Shown: one piece after another, positions 37,746 through 48,060 of the stretch
Numbering within the stretch: the stretch's first letter is position 1
Layout: each line of letters begins with the position of its first letter
Notes under the pieces: model-generated
Seen by the model: only the letters and a program-made list of their open reading frames with translations
Told to the model about the DNA's origin: nothing
Database searches by the model: none
Source of the DNA: an uncultured virus (IMG/VR IMGVR_UViG_3300033141_003443)
Lineage: Duplodnaviria > Heunggongvirae > Uroviricota > Caudoviricetes
DNA: 64,000 nucleotides
Strand: one strand, 5' to 3'
Virus record (IMG/VR): IMGVR_UViG_3300033141_003443
Location: 1-64,000 of that record
Translations under genes and position numbers: made by a program

Positions 37746-38187
37746 AAGCCGTTTTTAATTTATTTCTGCAACATTGACTAATGTGCCCGTTTCCGCGAAA
37801 GTTTAGCGCTCTTTCAATCTGATTACAGCTTTTCCACTCTTTAATAAAATTTCCAGATAAATCGTATTGAAAAACAATTTTGCTGCATACTCTTATATTT
37901 CTTTCGGTAATATTTTTTGTGAGTTCAATAAATCGACAATTATCAAAAGTATAATCTTTAGTTGAATCCTCTCGATCAATCGAAGGCTGTCTTAAATTAA
38001 AAGCCTTATCTCTGAACCAAAGTTTCTTTAATTCTTTTTCGGTAATTTTACATTGGATGCCTTTACCACCGTAATATTTATAATCTTTATTTGTTTTACA
38101 ATTACATCTGGAATTAATTCGATATAAATGGAATACCCAAGGCTTGTTTTGTCTCTTTTTAATATAATGTTTTTTATGCCTATTCAT
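37711..38187 (-). mobile_element. HNH endonuclease with NUMOD1 C-terminus, copy 2
   Basis: YYGGKGI...LWFRDKA...PSIDRED...NCRFIE; QYDLSGNFIKEW...TAYGFIWRY. Confidence 0.8.
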
Positions 38188-38620
38188 TCCACTCTCCGAG
38201 TTCTTTTAAGGCCCGCTTATAACCATCAATATGAATTTTTTCTTGCCCAGAATATTTAATAGCTGTCTTAGCTTGATGAATCATTCTTTTGTAATGTTTC
38301 GGATATTCTTTTTTCGCTGTTTTTAATGCGAACAATTCCGCATTATATTCGTGTTCTGTGGCGTTATTATATCGAAAGTCATAGGTCAAGTGTCCGAGTT
38401 CATGTAGAATAACATGTAAAATATCAACCCTGTTCGATAGAATCTTTGTGCTATAATTAATGATATATTCATTGGTACTGTCACAACGGTAAACAGAAGC
38501 TCTGTTACTAATTCGGTTGTCTTTAACTAAACGAATCTTGTATCTCTTATCTAAACCGAGTTTAACGATCCAATAATGACAGTACCTTGTGAATATATTT
38601 ATTTTCGTTAGTTCTTTCAT
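38180..38620 (-). CDS. Zincin metallopeptidase-like protein
   Basis: HELGH...E..AE.FA. Confidence 0.65.
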   Translation of the reverse strand: MKELTKINIFTRYCHYWIVKLGLDKRYKIRLVKDNRISNRASVYRCDSTNEYIINYSTKILSNRVDILHVILHELGHLTYDFRYNNATEHEYNAELFALKTAKKEYPKHYKRMIHQAKTAIKYSGQEKIHIDGYKRALKELGEWNE

Positions 38621-39768
38621 TTTTCAGGGATAATTGCCACTAATTTGCCGGTTTCAAAATTTGCTTTTTCCGCCAGATTATTGAGATCCTCAAGAGTTAT
38701 GTTCTGCATATTTCTTTCATAATTTTTGATGTACATCTCGTAATCTTGTTCGGCCAATGTAGAGTCAATTAATAACTTTGCTATAGTTGATTTCTTATCC
38801 AAATTTAGTTCATGCTTACCAAGCCATTTGCGACGGGCAAATTCCATCTCTTCTTCGGTAACGGGTTTTGCCAACTGCTCTCGCATAAGCTTAGTTGCTA
38901 ATTCAACCTTACTCGGCATTAGTCCGGCGTAGCCCCAATATTGGACTGTTCCACAACTATGCACTTGATAGTAAAGACTGGTATGATAAACCAAATTATT
39001 TTGTTCCCGGATAACATCAAAGAATCTCCCGGAAAACCCGTTCATAATGGCTGAGAATAACTCAATAGTAAAATAATCCTTTATCTCGTTTAGTTGGATC
39101 AAACCTGTTACCACCATATTGGCCTGATTAACCCCTTTGCGTTTGATAATATAATCATCATGAGAGTAATCAAGGCTTTCCTGCGAGAAATCCGGCTTGG
39201 CATAGACTCTGTTTCTTGCCTCGCTAGGAATACCACCAATGTCTAAATCAATTTTAGATTGATAATGCTTCTCATAATATTCAACTAAAGTCTCCCGAGT
39301 AATCCCGGAAACCGTTTCTCTGGTACCGATAATTGGAATATGAAGACCAGAGCCTTCTTTATAGACCGTTTGTTGCGCCAAAGAAAAGATGTGAGACTGT
39401 GGGTTATCTTCATACATTTCCAATTCCTGTAAGACCACCTGCTTTTCCTTTTCCAACTCTTCGGCAGGAAAAATTGAATTATTAACCATATCACTTATGA
39501 CTTCCCGGGCCACATCAGCATACTTGTTACTAATAAGCGCATAATAGAAGGTATGCTCCTCTGAAGTCCAAGCATTAAACTGAGCCCCGTATTTTTCCAT
39601 AGCATATTTCAGGTCATTTTTATTCCGAGTTGTCGTACCCTTAAATAACATATGCTCTAAAAAATGTGATATTCCCTTTATTGAATCGGGGTCATTTCTT
39701 GACCCAACCGGGATCATCGTTCCCACCAAAGTAGAATTACCGCCTGTCTTAATTTTAATTTCAGCCAT
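38617..39768 (-). CDS. M16 (pitrilysin/insulinase) zinc peptidase
   Basis: GISHFLEHMLFKGT, NAWTS.E.T, EKQVVLQE, IRE..NLVY. Confidence 0.9.
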   Translation of the reverse strand: MAEIKIKTGGNSTLVGTMIPVGSRNDPDSIKGISHFLEHMLFKGTTTRNKNDLKYAMEKYGAQFNAWTSEEHTFYYALISNKYADVAREVISDMVNNSIFPAEELEKEKQVVLQELEMYEDNPQSHIFSLAQQTVYKEGSGLHIPIIGTRETVSGITRETLVEYYEKHYQSKIDLDIGGIPSEARNRVYAKPDFSQESLDYSHDDYIIKRKGVNQANMVVTGLIQLNEIKDYFTIELFSAIMNGFSGRFFDVIREQNNLVYHTSLYYQVHSCGTVQYWGYAGLMPSKVELATKLMREQLAKPVTEEEMEFARRKWLGKHELNLDKKSTIAKLLIDSTLAEQDYEMYIKNYERNMQNITLEDLNNLAEKANFETGKLVAIIPEK

Positions 39769-40670
39769 CAGTTTCTCTCCTTAATTTGTTTTAAGATATG
39801 TGTAATAACGTCTACTGTCCAACCATTTCCTAAACATTTGTATCTTTGAGTGTTAGAAACCCCCCAAGTATAATCATCGGGAAGAGTTTGTAAGCGTTCA
39901 CATTCTAAGGGACTAAGTTTACGAGTATAACTACCATCTGAAACCAATAACCCAAACTTTTTACGTTTTAACATACTTTTTGGATTCTCTTTATAGATTG
40001 TTGCTAACAAAGTTTGGGCTTTATCTGTAAAAACCAATTGTTTTCTTGCCCTCCTAAAATATTGATCTAAATTGCCGCCTTTGTAATAATTAGCATCAAT
40101 ACAATATGATTTATCTCTATCTACTGCATCATCTTCAATAATATCCTTTAAATAAATATGTTTATCTTTAGGTTGAGTAACATTAGGAATATTTGTCCAG
40201 TATAATCTCTTTCTGTTTTGAGCCGAAACTAAAGCAGAATTTATTAAAATTGGTTCAGTTCCAAAAAGACCATTAATATATTCTATAAACTCCTTTTTCA
40301 TTCTAACATTTTCAAATAAAAATTTAACATTCGGATTTTTCATTGTTATTTCTTGCCAAATATCAATTAAATCATGAACCAATGCGCCTCTAGGGTCGTT
40401 ATCACCTTTTTGTTTACCAGCAATTGACCAAGCCTGACAAGGGAATCCTGCTACCAATAAATCAATTTGACTAAAATCAACATCCCATTCTTTCCATTTA
40501 GTAAGATCTCCTAATTGAATTGTATTAGGATAATTCTTTTGGGCAATTTTATTAGCATACTTATCAATTTCAGAAGAATAATAATTATTAATAGGAATAT
40601 ATAATCTGTCTAATGCGACATTAAGACACGAAATCCCATTAAACAAACTCATTACATTAATTGGTTTCAT
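39768..40670 (-). CDS. DNA (cytosine-5) methyltransferase
   Basis: SLFNG, GFPCQ, ENV, QNRKR, ERLQTLP, LGNGW. Confidence 0.9.
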   Translation of the reverse strand: MKPINVMSLFNGISCLNVALDRLYIPINNYYSSEIDKYANKIAQKNYPNTIQLGDLTKWKEWDVDFSQIDLLVAGFPCQAWSIAGKQKGDNDPRGALVHDLIDIWQEITMKNPNVKFLFENVRMKKEFIEYINGLFGTEPILINSALVSAQNRKRLYWTNIPNVTQPKDKHIYLKDIIEDDAVDRDKSYCIDANYYKGGNLDQYFRRARKQLVFTDKAQTLLATIYKENPKSMLKRKKFGLLVSDGSYTRKLSPLECERLQTLPDDYTWGVSNTQRYKCLGNGWTVDVITHILKQIKERN

Positions 40671-40671
40671 T

Positions 40672-42102
40672 TTATTCCCCTATTTTATGAAGTTCAACAT
40701 AATGTACTTGGTCTTGTGTTTTTAAAACATCCTTATGTGTTACCATGATTACCTGTTTAAGAAAACCCATGTCCATAAAATTTTCAAATAAAGATAATAC
40801 TTTTAAACAATTATCATCGTCAACCTTTTCCAAACCCTCATCAATTAGCATGAAATCAATACAAGTATTACACAACTGTTTAAAGATTACCATAATACCT
40901 AAACGAAAACATAGATTAACTAATACCCTCTCCGAGCCTGATAAATCCCCCATTTCTAAAATTTTATCTCCTCTATGAATAAAAGGCTTAAAGTCTGGCC
41001 TGTTAGATTCCGGGCGTTCTGTTCTAATGTCTACAATAGTGTCAGGAAAAATAATACTCAATAGTTGATTCGCTGTTTGTGTTATTACAGGAATATAGGT
41101 CTTTAATAAATACGAAGGAAAACCCTTGGGATCAAAAATCGGGATAAGCTGTTCTAGCTCTTTCAGCCGAACTTTGTTAACTGTAGGCTGCTGTTTAGCC
41201 CTCTCCTGTAGAATAACTAATATCCTTCGGGCCCGATTAATCTTAGAGTCGATTTTACCCATAATTTTATTGCATTTGGTCGACTTAATCCCAACCTCTT
41301 TTTGTTTTTTTGTTAAAATTGCCTCTTGTTGCTGTATAGCCTTGAAAACAGTTTTGACTCTTTTTAATCCGGCCTCAATATGCTTCTTATCATAGGGTCG
41401 AGCACACTCAGAACACTTCCCCGATTTGAGTAAAGCAAATTCTTTTTTTAGGCCCTGTTTTTTAAATGAGTATTCTGATTCCTTCTTAGAAATCTGATTT
41501 AAAATGCTTCGTATTTTGTTGTCGATAATTTCATATTTTTCTAAATTCTTCTTATACCCAGAACAAAGACCCTTGACTTTAACAAAACGCTTTTTAATTA
41601 AGGGGAGATTAACGGCTTTTATCTCGACATTCACGGCACTCAGTCCCGCATACTCTACTTTAAGTCTTTGATAAATCGTTGAATATTTGTCCAAGTTAAA
41701 AATAGAAATTAAAAATTGTCTCAAGTAAGTCGGATCAAATAAGCTTTTTTGTTCATGTGAGGAGATATAAAAAATACTCAGGAACTCCTGATAATTTAAG
41801 TGTAAGAAATTCTCCAATTCTAATTTTTTTATTCCACTTAAAACGGAACCGCTATTTGTACGACTTCTGGATACATTGAATTCAGTTAAAGATAAGTCTA
41901 CTGTGGCTTTATTTGAGTCAAAATTAATGATTTTTTCCAGTTTAGAATTCTGTGTTTTTCCGTGAAGCCCAAAACAAATACCTTCCATAATATGAGTCTT
42001 GCCCGTCCTATTGGCCCCAATGAGGGCATTAATGCCCGGCTGGAAATTAATCTCTAAAGATTTGTGTATTCCGAAACTATCAAGATTTATTTTCTTTAGC
42101 AT
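40672..42102 (-). CDS. SbcC/Rad50 (gp46-like) ATPase
   Basis: GANRTGKT, CSEC zinc hook, LSGSE, IDEG, VTH. Confidence 0.9.
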   Translation of the reverse strand: MLKKINLDSFGIHKSLEINFQPGINALIGANRTGKTHIMEGICFGLHGKTQNSKLEKIINFDSNKATVDLSLTEFNVSRSRTNSGSVLSGIKKLELENFLHLNYQEFLSIFYISSHEQKSLFDPTYLRQFLISIFNLDKYSTIYQRLKVEYAGLSAVNVEIKAVNLPLIKKRFVKVKGLCSGYKKNLEKYEIIDNKIRSILNQISKKESEYSFKKQGLKKEFALLKSGKCSECARPYDKKHIEAGLKRVKTVFKAIQQQEAILTKKQKEVGIKSTKCNKIMGKIDSKINRARRILVILQERAKQQPTVNKVRLKELEQLIPIFDPKGFPSYLLKTYIPVITQTANQLLSIIFPDTIVDIRTERPESNRPDFKPFIHRGDKILEMGDLSGSERVLVNLCFRLGIMVIFKQLCNTCIDFMLIDEGLEKVDDDNCLKVLSLFENFMDMGFLKQVIMVTHKDVLKTQDQVHYVELHKIGE

Positions 42103-42421
42103 TTTTACTCCAATAAATGGGATAATATTTTTTGAATAAAAGGTCTGTTATTTTAATAACCTGTAGTTCGTCTTTATAACGATTATCTTTGTATCTCCAA
42201 TAAAGCATCCAATGAACCAGTTCATGTAATAAAACTTTGACAAATTTTTCTCTATCTTCAATATAGTCTTGCCATAAGATTATTGTGCTACTTTTTATAC
42301 AGATAGCACCGGGTCTCTTCTTATAATGTCTATCAGCCAACTTAACCCACAATGTTGGGAGCTTTAATTTTCCACACCAAAAATTAATAAAATCCTGAGC
42401 TTTATAACAATATTTATACAT
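42080..42421 (-). CDS. SprT-like HExxH protein
   Basis: VLLHELVHW. Confidence 0.55.
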   Translation of the reverse strand: MYKYCYKAQDFINFWCGKLKLPTLWVKLADRHYKKRPGAICIKSSTIILWQDYIEDREKFVKVLLHELVHWMLYWRYKDNRYKDELQVIKITDLLFKKYYPIYWSKNAKENKS

Positions 42422-43049
42422 CTTTGATTAACCCGGATAATGCGAGAAGAAAAGCGTCTGCAAGATTGTCATCATCAATTGATAAATCAAACTTATCCTC
42501 CACAAAGTTAATAATCTGAGCCTTTAATTTTAGTGGTTTCCTATCCCAAACTTTTTTTCTTTTAAGCTCGTCTTTAACAATAATATTTTCATAGTGAAAC
42601 TTACCCATGTCTGCGATAAAACCTATCTTCTTTCTTACAGATGTTGGCTGTATCGGATCGGGGGCCTCATCTGCCCACTTATTAAATATGAAGAAAGATA
42701 CCGTTGCGTATTTTGCTAAAACCTTTGTTGTCCAAACAGACATACCAAAATAACAATCTTCAATAATTAAACGCTTAACTAAAGTCTTTGAGAACTCGGG
42801 AAGAATTTTACGAATCTCTCGACATTTTTGAAGATATTCAATAAGCTTTACGTGGAGCTTTCCTTTACTAACCCCCTTTATATCAATACTATAAAAGTTT
42901 TCGACATAAAGTTTGTTCTTTGTTGTCCGGATAAGACAGATACCCGTCCGTTTCTGGGCGCCATCAATTCCCAGACTCAGTGTATTAGATCTGATTTCTT
43001 TGTTTAATATATCACAGACTTCTGAAATGTCAATAATTTTTTCAGCCAT
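42414..43049 (-). CDS. RuvC-like Holliday junction resolvase
   Basis: LGIDG..RTG, IIED, DDNLADA. Confidence 0.75.
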   Translation of the reverse strand: MAEKIIDISEVCDILNKEIRSNTLSLGIDGAQKRTGICLIRTTKNKLYVENFYSIDIKGVSKGKLHVKLIEYLQKCREIRKILPEFSKTLVKRLIIEDCYFGMSVWTTKVLAKYATVSFFIFNKWADEAPDPIQPTSVRKKIGFIADMGKFHYENIIVKDELKRKKVWDRKPLKLKAQIINFVEDKFDLSIDDDNLADAFLLALSGLIKDV

Positions 43050-43061
43050 AGTAATCCTTAA

Positions 43062-43661
43062 TTAACCCCACTGTTCTGCCATAGCGTCAGCAATTCCTTG
43101 AAATGTTAAACTCCGCTTTTTCCAACCACCATAAAGCACAGGTAATTTAGAGGGCGTTCTTGTTCCGTCCTTTTTCTTTCCACCCCGGGTACTCCCACTA
43201 TGCCAACTTGCAATAGGCTTAACAACATTTGATGGGATTAGTGTATTTAATCCTTTAAGCCATAAACAAGTTCTTTTGCGATAAGGATCACCAAATTCAA
43301 ATGGGTTTATTATTTGTTGTGGTTTTTTCCAAACTGTTGAAAGTATACCAACGGGATTCTCTAAACAAACTTTTTGTATATTTGAATAGAATAAGGCCTT
43401 TACAAAATTAATCGCTGTTTCTTGACGACCATCTTTTTGTTTTTCGGGCCAATAAACAGCCCCACTACTTGAAAGATGCGTACACGGAGGAAAAGCTAGC
43501 ATCAAATCCCAACCATTATTTAGAATACTGATAACGTCGCCCTGAATATGCTTTCCAGATATTTCTGTTGGAAGTATATCACAACTCCAAGTGTCATGAC
43601 CCTTTTTCTTAAAGGCCGTCCTAACTCTACCTGAGTATTCACAAGCGATTAATACTTTCAT
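43062..43661 (-). CDS. Short DNA (cytosine-5) methyltransferase
   Basis: VLIACEYSG, PPCTHL, ENPVG, K.TCLWL, GIADAMAEQWG. Confidence 0.8.
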   Translation of the reverse strand: MKVLIACEYSGRVRTAFKKKGHDTWSCDILPTEISGKHIQGDVISILNNGWDLMLAFPPCTHLSSSGAVYWPEKQKDGRQETAINFVKALFYSNIQKVCLENPVGILSTVWKKPQQIINPFEFGDPYRKRTCLWLKGLNTLIPSNVVKPIASWHSGSTRGGKKKDGTRTPSKLPVLYGGWKKRSLTFQGIADAMAEQWG

Positions 43662-43714
43662 AAATCTCCCTTTCTAAAATTTATAATAATTATAGACTTT
43701 TTCATTCGAACAAA

Positions 43715-43906
43715 TCATAATTCAATAGAGACTCCAACTTGATAACCTTTGATTACTGGAATATCATTTACCTTCTCGTTTGTAAATAAGGCTTCTATCA
43801 TAACGCCACAAACACTTAAACCTGTCTCTTGATTGAATTGTTCTACACATTTTTTGAGGGCGACCTTAAGCCCTGTTACCCGTTCCGGTAAGTCTTTTGT
43901 CAACAT
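43715..43906 (-). CDS. Hypothetical protein
   Basis: ORF. Confidence 0.45.
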   Translation of the reverse strand: MLTKDLPERVTGLKVALKKCVEQFNQETGLSVCGVMIEALFTNEKVNDIPVIKGYQVGVSIEL

Positions 43907-44111
43907 TAGGAACTTCCTCCATTGAAATAATTTTAGGCAGAAACCTCTTTTCTCTTTTATCTGCCTTAGTACATTTCTTTCGATAATGGTCTATGATTAC
44001 AAAAAGTGTCTGACCCTCCCAATGATCAAAGGCTTTTCCACCATCAATTAAAACATCATTCACAATTTCAACTTTTGCAGATTTGTATTTCGTAGATAAA
44101 AAGGCTATCAT
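43866..44111 (-). CDS. Hypothetical protein
   Basis: ORF overlapping the SbcD stop. Confidence 0.45.
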   Translation of the reverse strand: MIAFLSTKYKSAKVEIVNDVLIDGGKAFDHWEGQTLFVIIDHYRKKCTKADKREKRFLPKIISMEEVPNVDKRLTGTGNRA

Positions 44112-45004
44112 TTTTTTAACTCCGTTTCAATTAAACCAAAAGGTACTTTTTTCTGTTTACAGAAATTTTTTAGAAGTACAGTTTGGTCTAGGTTTTCTGG
44201 AATATCTGTTTTTAGCTCTTTGATTTTAATATCTTCTTGATAGTATTCAATTTTGTAATCCTTTTTAATTTTAAAGATTACTCTATGAATCGCGCATAAA
44301 GACTCCCCATCGGAGGATGCCTTAATTTTTAAATCTATATCTGTATCTCCTGTAGCCTGTAATTCTTTTAATCCCCGGGCCTTTACCTTCCCAGCCTTAC
44401 CACTTAATTCAAGTTCGTACATTGGCCGAGAATCAATATTAATCCACTGTATTTTTCCTTTAGCAATAATCGCAATTCTTTTCTGGTCATTGATTTCAGA
44501 GAAAGTAACTTTATATAGTGAACCAACATAATTGATATTTTTAAAAGAACATTCACCACTATGAATATGCCCGAGTAGATAGATTAGTTTGGGCTCAACC
44601 TCTTTTTCACTAGCGGAAAGATGCCCATTAATATATCGTGTTCCTTTAACTTCGTAATGACCAAAAATAAAATTATTGATTTTCAGTTCTTCGTGTTGAC
44701 TAAAATCTCTACAAAGATCAATCCAGTCCTGTTCATGAATAGCCTCCGACTCAAAAGTATGCTTACCATTTCCAATAATAAAATCTAAGTTTTTAGTATG
44801 TTTTCTTAACCGATTTAAAAACCCCGCTAACATGCAGCGCTCTTCTGCTGTTGGTTTTTTATGAAAGAGGTCTCCTAGCAAAATGATTCGATTAAACTTG
44901 TGTTTTTTAATACCGGATAAAATAGACTCCTCAGCTAGTTTGATAGCCCGTTTTCTTGAAGCCTGATAGTGTAAATCACCTATAGTTAGTATTTTATCTT
45001 CCAC
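44108..45004 (-). CDS. SbcD/Mre11 (gp47-like) nuclease
   Basis: GDLH, LGDLFH, GNGKH, GHIH, YVGS. Confidence 0.85.
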   Translation of the reverse strand: MEDKILTIGDLHYQASRKRAIKLAEESILSGIKKHKFNRIILLGDLFHKKPTAEERCMLAGFLNRLRKHTKNLDFIIGNGKHTFESEAIHEQDWIDLCRDFSQHEELKINNFIFGHYEVKGTRYINGHLSASEKEVEPKLIYLLGHIHSGECSFKNINYVGSLYKVTFSEINDQKRIAIIAKGKIQWINIDSRPMYELELSGKAGKVKARGLKELQATGDTDIDLKIKASSDGESLCAIHRVIFKIKKDYKIEYYQEDIKIKELKTDIPENLDQTVLLKNFCKQKKVPFGLIETELKK

Positions 45005-45186
45005 GGGTAACCTCTCATCTTAACTCCACTCCATATTAATAAACGGTATAAATAACTTTTTGAGATATTTCTTGACCTTGAAATCTTAGACAGACTCAGA
45101 CCACCCGCATAATCACGGATATAATCGACTATGTGACATCTTGAACCTTTAATTATCCTTTTAACTTTCGTCATTCTTAGCTCCAA
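44986..45186 (-). CDS. Small HTH protein
   Basis: GLSLSKISRSRNISKSYLYRLL. Confidence 0.45.
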   Translation of the reverse strand: MELRMTKVKRIIKGSRCHIVDYIRDYAGGLSLSKISRSRNISKSYLYRLLIWSGVKMRGYPWKIKY

Positions 45187-45307
45187 AATAAAATCGAATT
45201 CAATACTGTAATGATAACTCCAATTAATTTATCTTTCAGGGTTGGGCCGGTAAAAGAAAGATAGCCGAAACTTATCAACATTGTTATGTAAGCAATACGT
45301 CTTAACA

Positions 45308-45610
45308 CTATTCAACCTCCGATTTTTTTGTAACTTTACAAACCAGATAATATTCTGGTAAATCCAAAACTAAAACAGAGTTTTCTTTTCCCATCTCTAA
45401 AGAATCCTTGACTAATTTATTTAACATATTGGTCGTGACTCTAATTGATTGATGTTTTGTAGCCTTTAAATCAAGACAACTACTCTTATCACTGAAGTCT
45501 CCCTTAAAAGAAAGGGCCCCTGAGAGCAGGTGTTTATATAATTTGTCCTCTTTTTTATTAGCTGTTTTCTTAATTGATTCTTTTTCATTGAACCATTTAG
45601 GATAAGTCAT
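45308..45610 (-). CDS. Hjc-like PD-(D/E)xK resolvase
   Basis: SGAL.FKGD....LDLKAT. Confidence 0.55.
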   Translation of the reverse strand: MTYPKWFNEKESIKKTANKKEDKLYKHLLSGALSFKGDFSDKSSCLDLKATKHQSIRVTTNMLNKLVKDSLEMGKENSVLVLDLPEYYLVCKVTKKSEVE

Positions 45611-46285
45611 TTATTCAGCCTTAGTTTTAAATACTTCTGCAAGAGTAAAAGGATAATTATTTAACTTCACGGGAAGTATGCCCCTATCCACATCAATTTT
45701 AGTTTGGATAATCGCTATTAAATTCCAAAGTAGGGCTGCATGATGATCCTCGTCTACAAGTCCTGCCTGTAATTTCCAAAGATGTCTGTTAGCGGAGTCA
45801 AAATATCTACTGACAGGTTGGCCTAATCTCCAATTATTCACATCATATTTAATGGCCCCATTTTGATAGTGTCGAGCCACGCGATTATAAGCACAATAAT
45901 AATGATTATAGGGTTGGCCTTCATCCAAAGCAATAAGATAACAGGTCAATTCAAACGCTTCATAAATTTCTTTGATATTATCTTCTCTATTTTCAACTAA
46001 TTGAGTATACTTCCATAAATGATCTTCAATAGCAAGAGATAAAGCTTTCTTATCGCTTACGAAAGTATCAATGTAGACTGTTCCTGTAAGTTTAAAATAT
46101 TCTCTTACTTTTACAAAAGGTTCACCAGCAATTAAATGCGGAGTACCCTTTCCATCGTCCGTATCGCGTTTACTGCCAGTGTCAAATGACTGACGTTTAC
46201 CCGAATCCATAACTTTGTCGAATTGCTTAACCATTGGTTTTCTCCTTTGAATTATTTTTGGTAGGTAATTCATAGGTAGAATCAA
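45611..46285 (-). CDS. dATP/dGTP diphosphohydrolase (DUF5664); likely start MVKQF
   Basis: FDTGSKRD...GKG; GAIKY..NNWRLG.PVSRYFDSA.RHL...DEDH.AA..WN. Confidence 0.8.
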   Translation of the reverse strand: MILPMNYLPKIIQRRKPMVKQFDKVMDSGKRQSFDTGSKRDTDDGKGTPHLIAGEPFVKVREYFKLTGTVYIDTFVSDKKALSLAIEDHLWKYTQLVENREDNIKEIYEAFELTCYLIALDEGQPYNHYYCAYNRVARHYQNGAIKYDVNNWRLGQPVSRYFDSANRHLWKLQAGLVDEDHHAALLWNLIAIIQTKIDVDRGILPVKLNNYPFTLAEVFKTKAE

Positions 46286-46499
46286 TCCATGCCACGATTT
46301 CTTTTAGCCTGTTCTTCTTATGCCTCATTATTTTATGGATCAATTGAATACAGGAATCACAAACCTCATATTGAGTTCTCGGTTGAATTTGATTGTATTG
46401 TTTTTTCCCCGGTTCAAATTCTTTATCGTGAACAATAACAATTACATTTCGCCCGCGTTCAAGGATATTCGGACATAAATCGCAATAATGAACCTCCAA
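46227..46499 (-). CDS. Zinc-binding hypothetical protein
   Basis: YCDLC...VCDSC. Confidence 0.55.
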   Translation of the reverse strand: MEVHYCDLCPNILERGRNVIVIVHDKEFEPGKKQYNQIQPRTQYEVCDSCIQLIHKIMRHKKNRLKEIVAWIDSTYELPTKNNSKEKTNG

Positions 46500-46500
46500 T

Positions 46501-46953
46501 TTAAACCCCCCTTACATATTGCCAAATAAAACCACCACAAGTTTTTTGCTGTCCATTTAATACATTATAAATATTTTGTAGACCTAAAGTTCTTTGGGCA
46601 GAAATAATACTAGGCCAACGTTTAATAAAACCTCCCATTTTACTAAATTGATCTGTCGCTTTAATACAGGCCCTGATTGAATTATCTCTTAATTCAAGAA
46701 ATCGACAATTTGAAAACTCGTAATGCCCACCGGATTCTTCTCGATCAATTGAGGGGTGAAGCATTAAATAGGCTTTATCTCTGAACCAAAGCTTCTTTAC
46801 TTGTTCTTTCGTTAATAGGAACTTGATTCCTTTTCCAGCATAGTATTTACTCCTAGGATGATTTTTAGCTCGGCATCTTTGTTTTGCTGATCTATAAGAA
46901 TTTATCCAAGGATATTTAAGCTGGTATCTTTTACAGGCCGCTTTATTATACAT
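46501..46953 (-). mobile_element. HNH endonuclease with NUMOD1, copy 3
   Basis: KYPW, YAGKGIKF, LWFRDKA, PSIDRE, NCRFLE, TCGGFIWQY. Confidence 0.8.
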
Positions 46954-47524
46954 TTTTATACTCCGTTATTAATTGGTAAACCTCTTCCCAAGTCCCGACT
47001 CTTGGGGGAAGTACCTTAATATTTGTTGTATTAGAAAAGCATATTGTATAAATTCCTGAGTCTCTTAAACTTTGAACATTATGGGGAGTATCCTCTATAA
47101 AAATATCCACATTAATATCCATTTTACTTTTTAAAAAACATAAGTCCCAAAAAGGTATGGCTTGTTTATCTAACCAACTTGCTGTTTGTATAATTGCCTC
47201 TTTATGAAAATGTTTAATGCAGAGTCTATGCGTAACGATACGGATTCTTGTCCCCTCATCAGATAATTTTTTAAGATATTTTCGCGTGCCCGGAATCATC
47301 GGTATTGTCGTAAAAAGACTCCGTTCAGTAACAGCAAACCGATGAAAATCCTCATATTGTTTTTGATCCTTCAAGCCCCAATTAGTTAAACTAAAGGAAT
47401 CTGCTTCAGGAAGAGTATTAAGGGGTATCTCAGCCCATTCAGCGTATAACTCGCGTATTCGGCCATAAAAGTCCCCACAAACACCATCAAGGTCTACACC
47501 CAATATAAGATTTTCTTTAGACAT
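46946..47524 (-). CDS. 5'(3')-deoxyribonucleotidase (HAD, NT5C-like)
   Basis: DLDGV, IVTHR, K, IEDTP.N. Confidence 0.85.
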   Translation of the reverse strand: MSKENLILGVDLDGVCGDFYGRIRELYAEWAEIPLNTLPEADSFSLTNWGLKDQKQYEDFHRFAVTERSLFTTIPMIPGTRKYLKKLSDEGTRIRIVTHRLCIKHFHKEAIIQTASWLDKQAIPFWDLCFLKSKMDINVDIFIEDTPHNVQSLRDSGIYTICFSNTTNIKVLPPRVGTWEEVYQLITEYKNV

Positions 47525-48048
47525 TATTTTATATTATCCTTGTTTTTGATTTTGCGTATATATTGTTTCTGCTTCTCGTCTAACTCAGAGTCCAAAGAAG
47601 TCTCTAAATCCGCTCCGCGTTTTCTAACGTTTTGAACAGCTTTAGCTACTCTTTTTAAAGTCATGGCTGCCCCACCATAAGTCCCCTCAAAAAGTCGGCC
47701 AACAATTGCACCAATAATGGTACAGGCCCCGGGAAAGAGAATACAGATGATAATTAAACCCGGGATTCCCCAGCCAAATATCATATTAAAAAAACTTTTT
47801 ACTCTCTCAACAATTGTCATACGTCTTTCAGCTTTATTATAACTTTCATCGAAACGAGAATATCCTTTAGTACAAGATTTTATATTACCATTTTCGGCCC
47901 ACTGTGCCTGACCTTTACAACTCTCCCTAAGTTTTCCCTTAACTACAGATTGTGGAACAGTATTTGGTGTATCAAAAGTCAGTCTAGGTAGTAAAGAACA
48001 GCCACTGAGTAATAAACAACTCAAAAGTATTATTATTAATTTTTTCAT
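47524..48048 (-). CDS. Lipoprotein with an internal transmembrane segment
   Basis: MKK + hydrophobic core + LLSGC lipobox; TM segment IFGWGIPGLIIICILFPGACTIIGAIVG. Confidence 0.65.
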   Translation of the reverse strand: MKKLIIILLSCLLLSGCSLLPRLTFDTPNTVPQSVVKGKLRESCKGQAQWAENGNIKSCTKGYSRFDESYNKAERRMTIVERVKSFFNMIFGWGIPGLIIICILFPGACTIIGAIVGRLFEGTYGGAAMTLKRVAKAVQNVRKRGADLETSLDSELDEKQKQYIRKIKNKDNIK

Positions 48049-48060
48049 TATTTACCTTGG

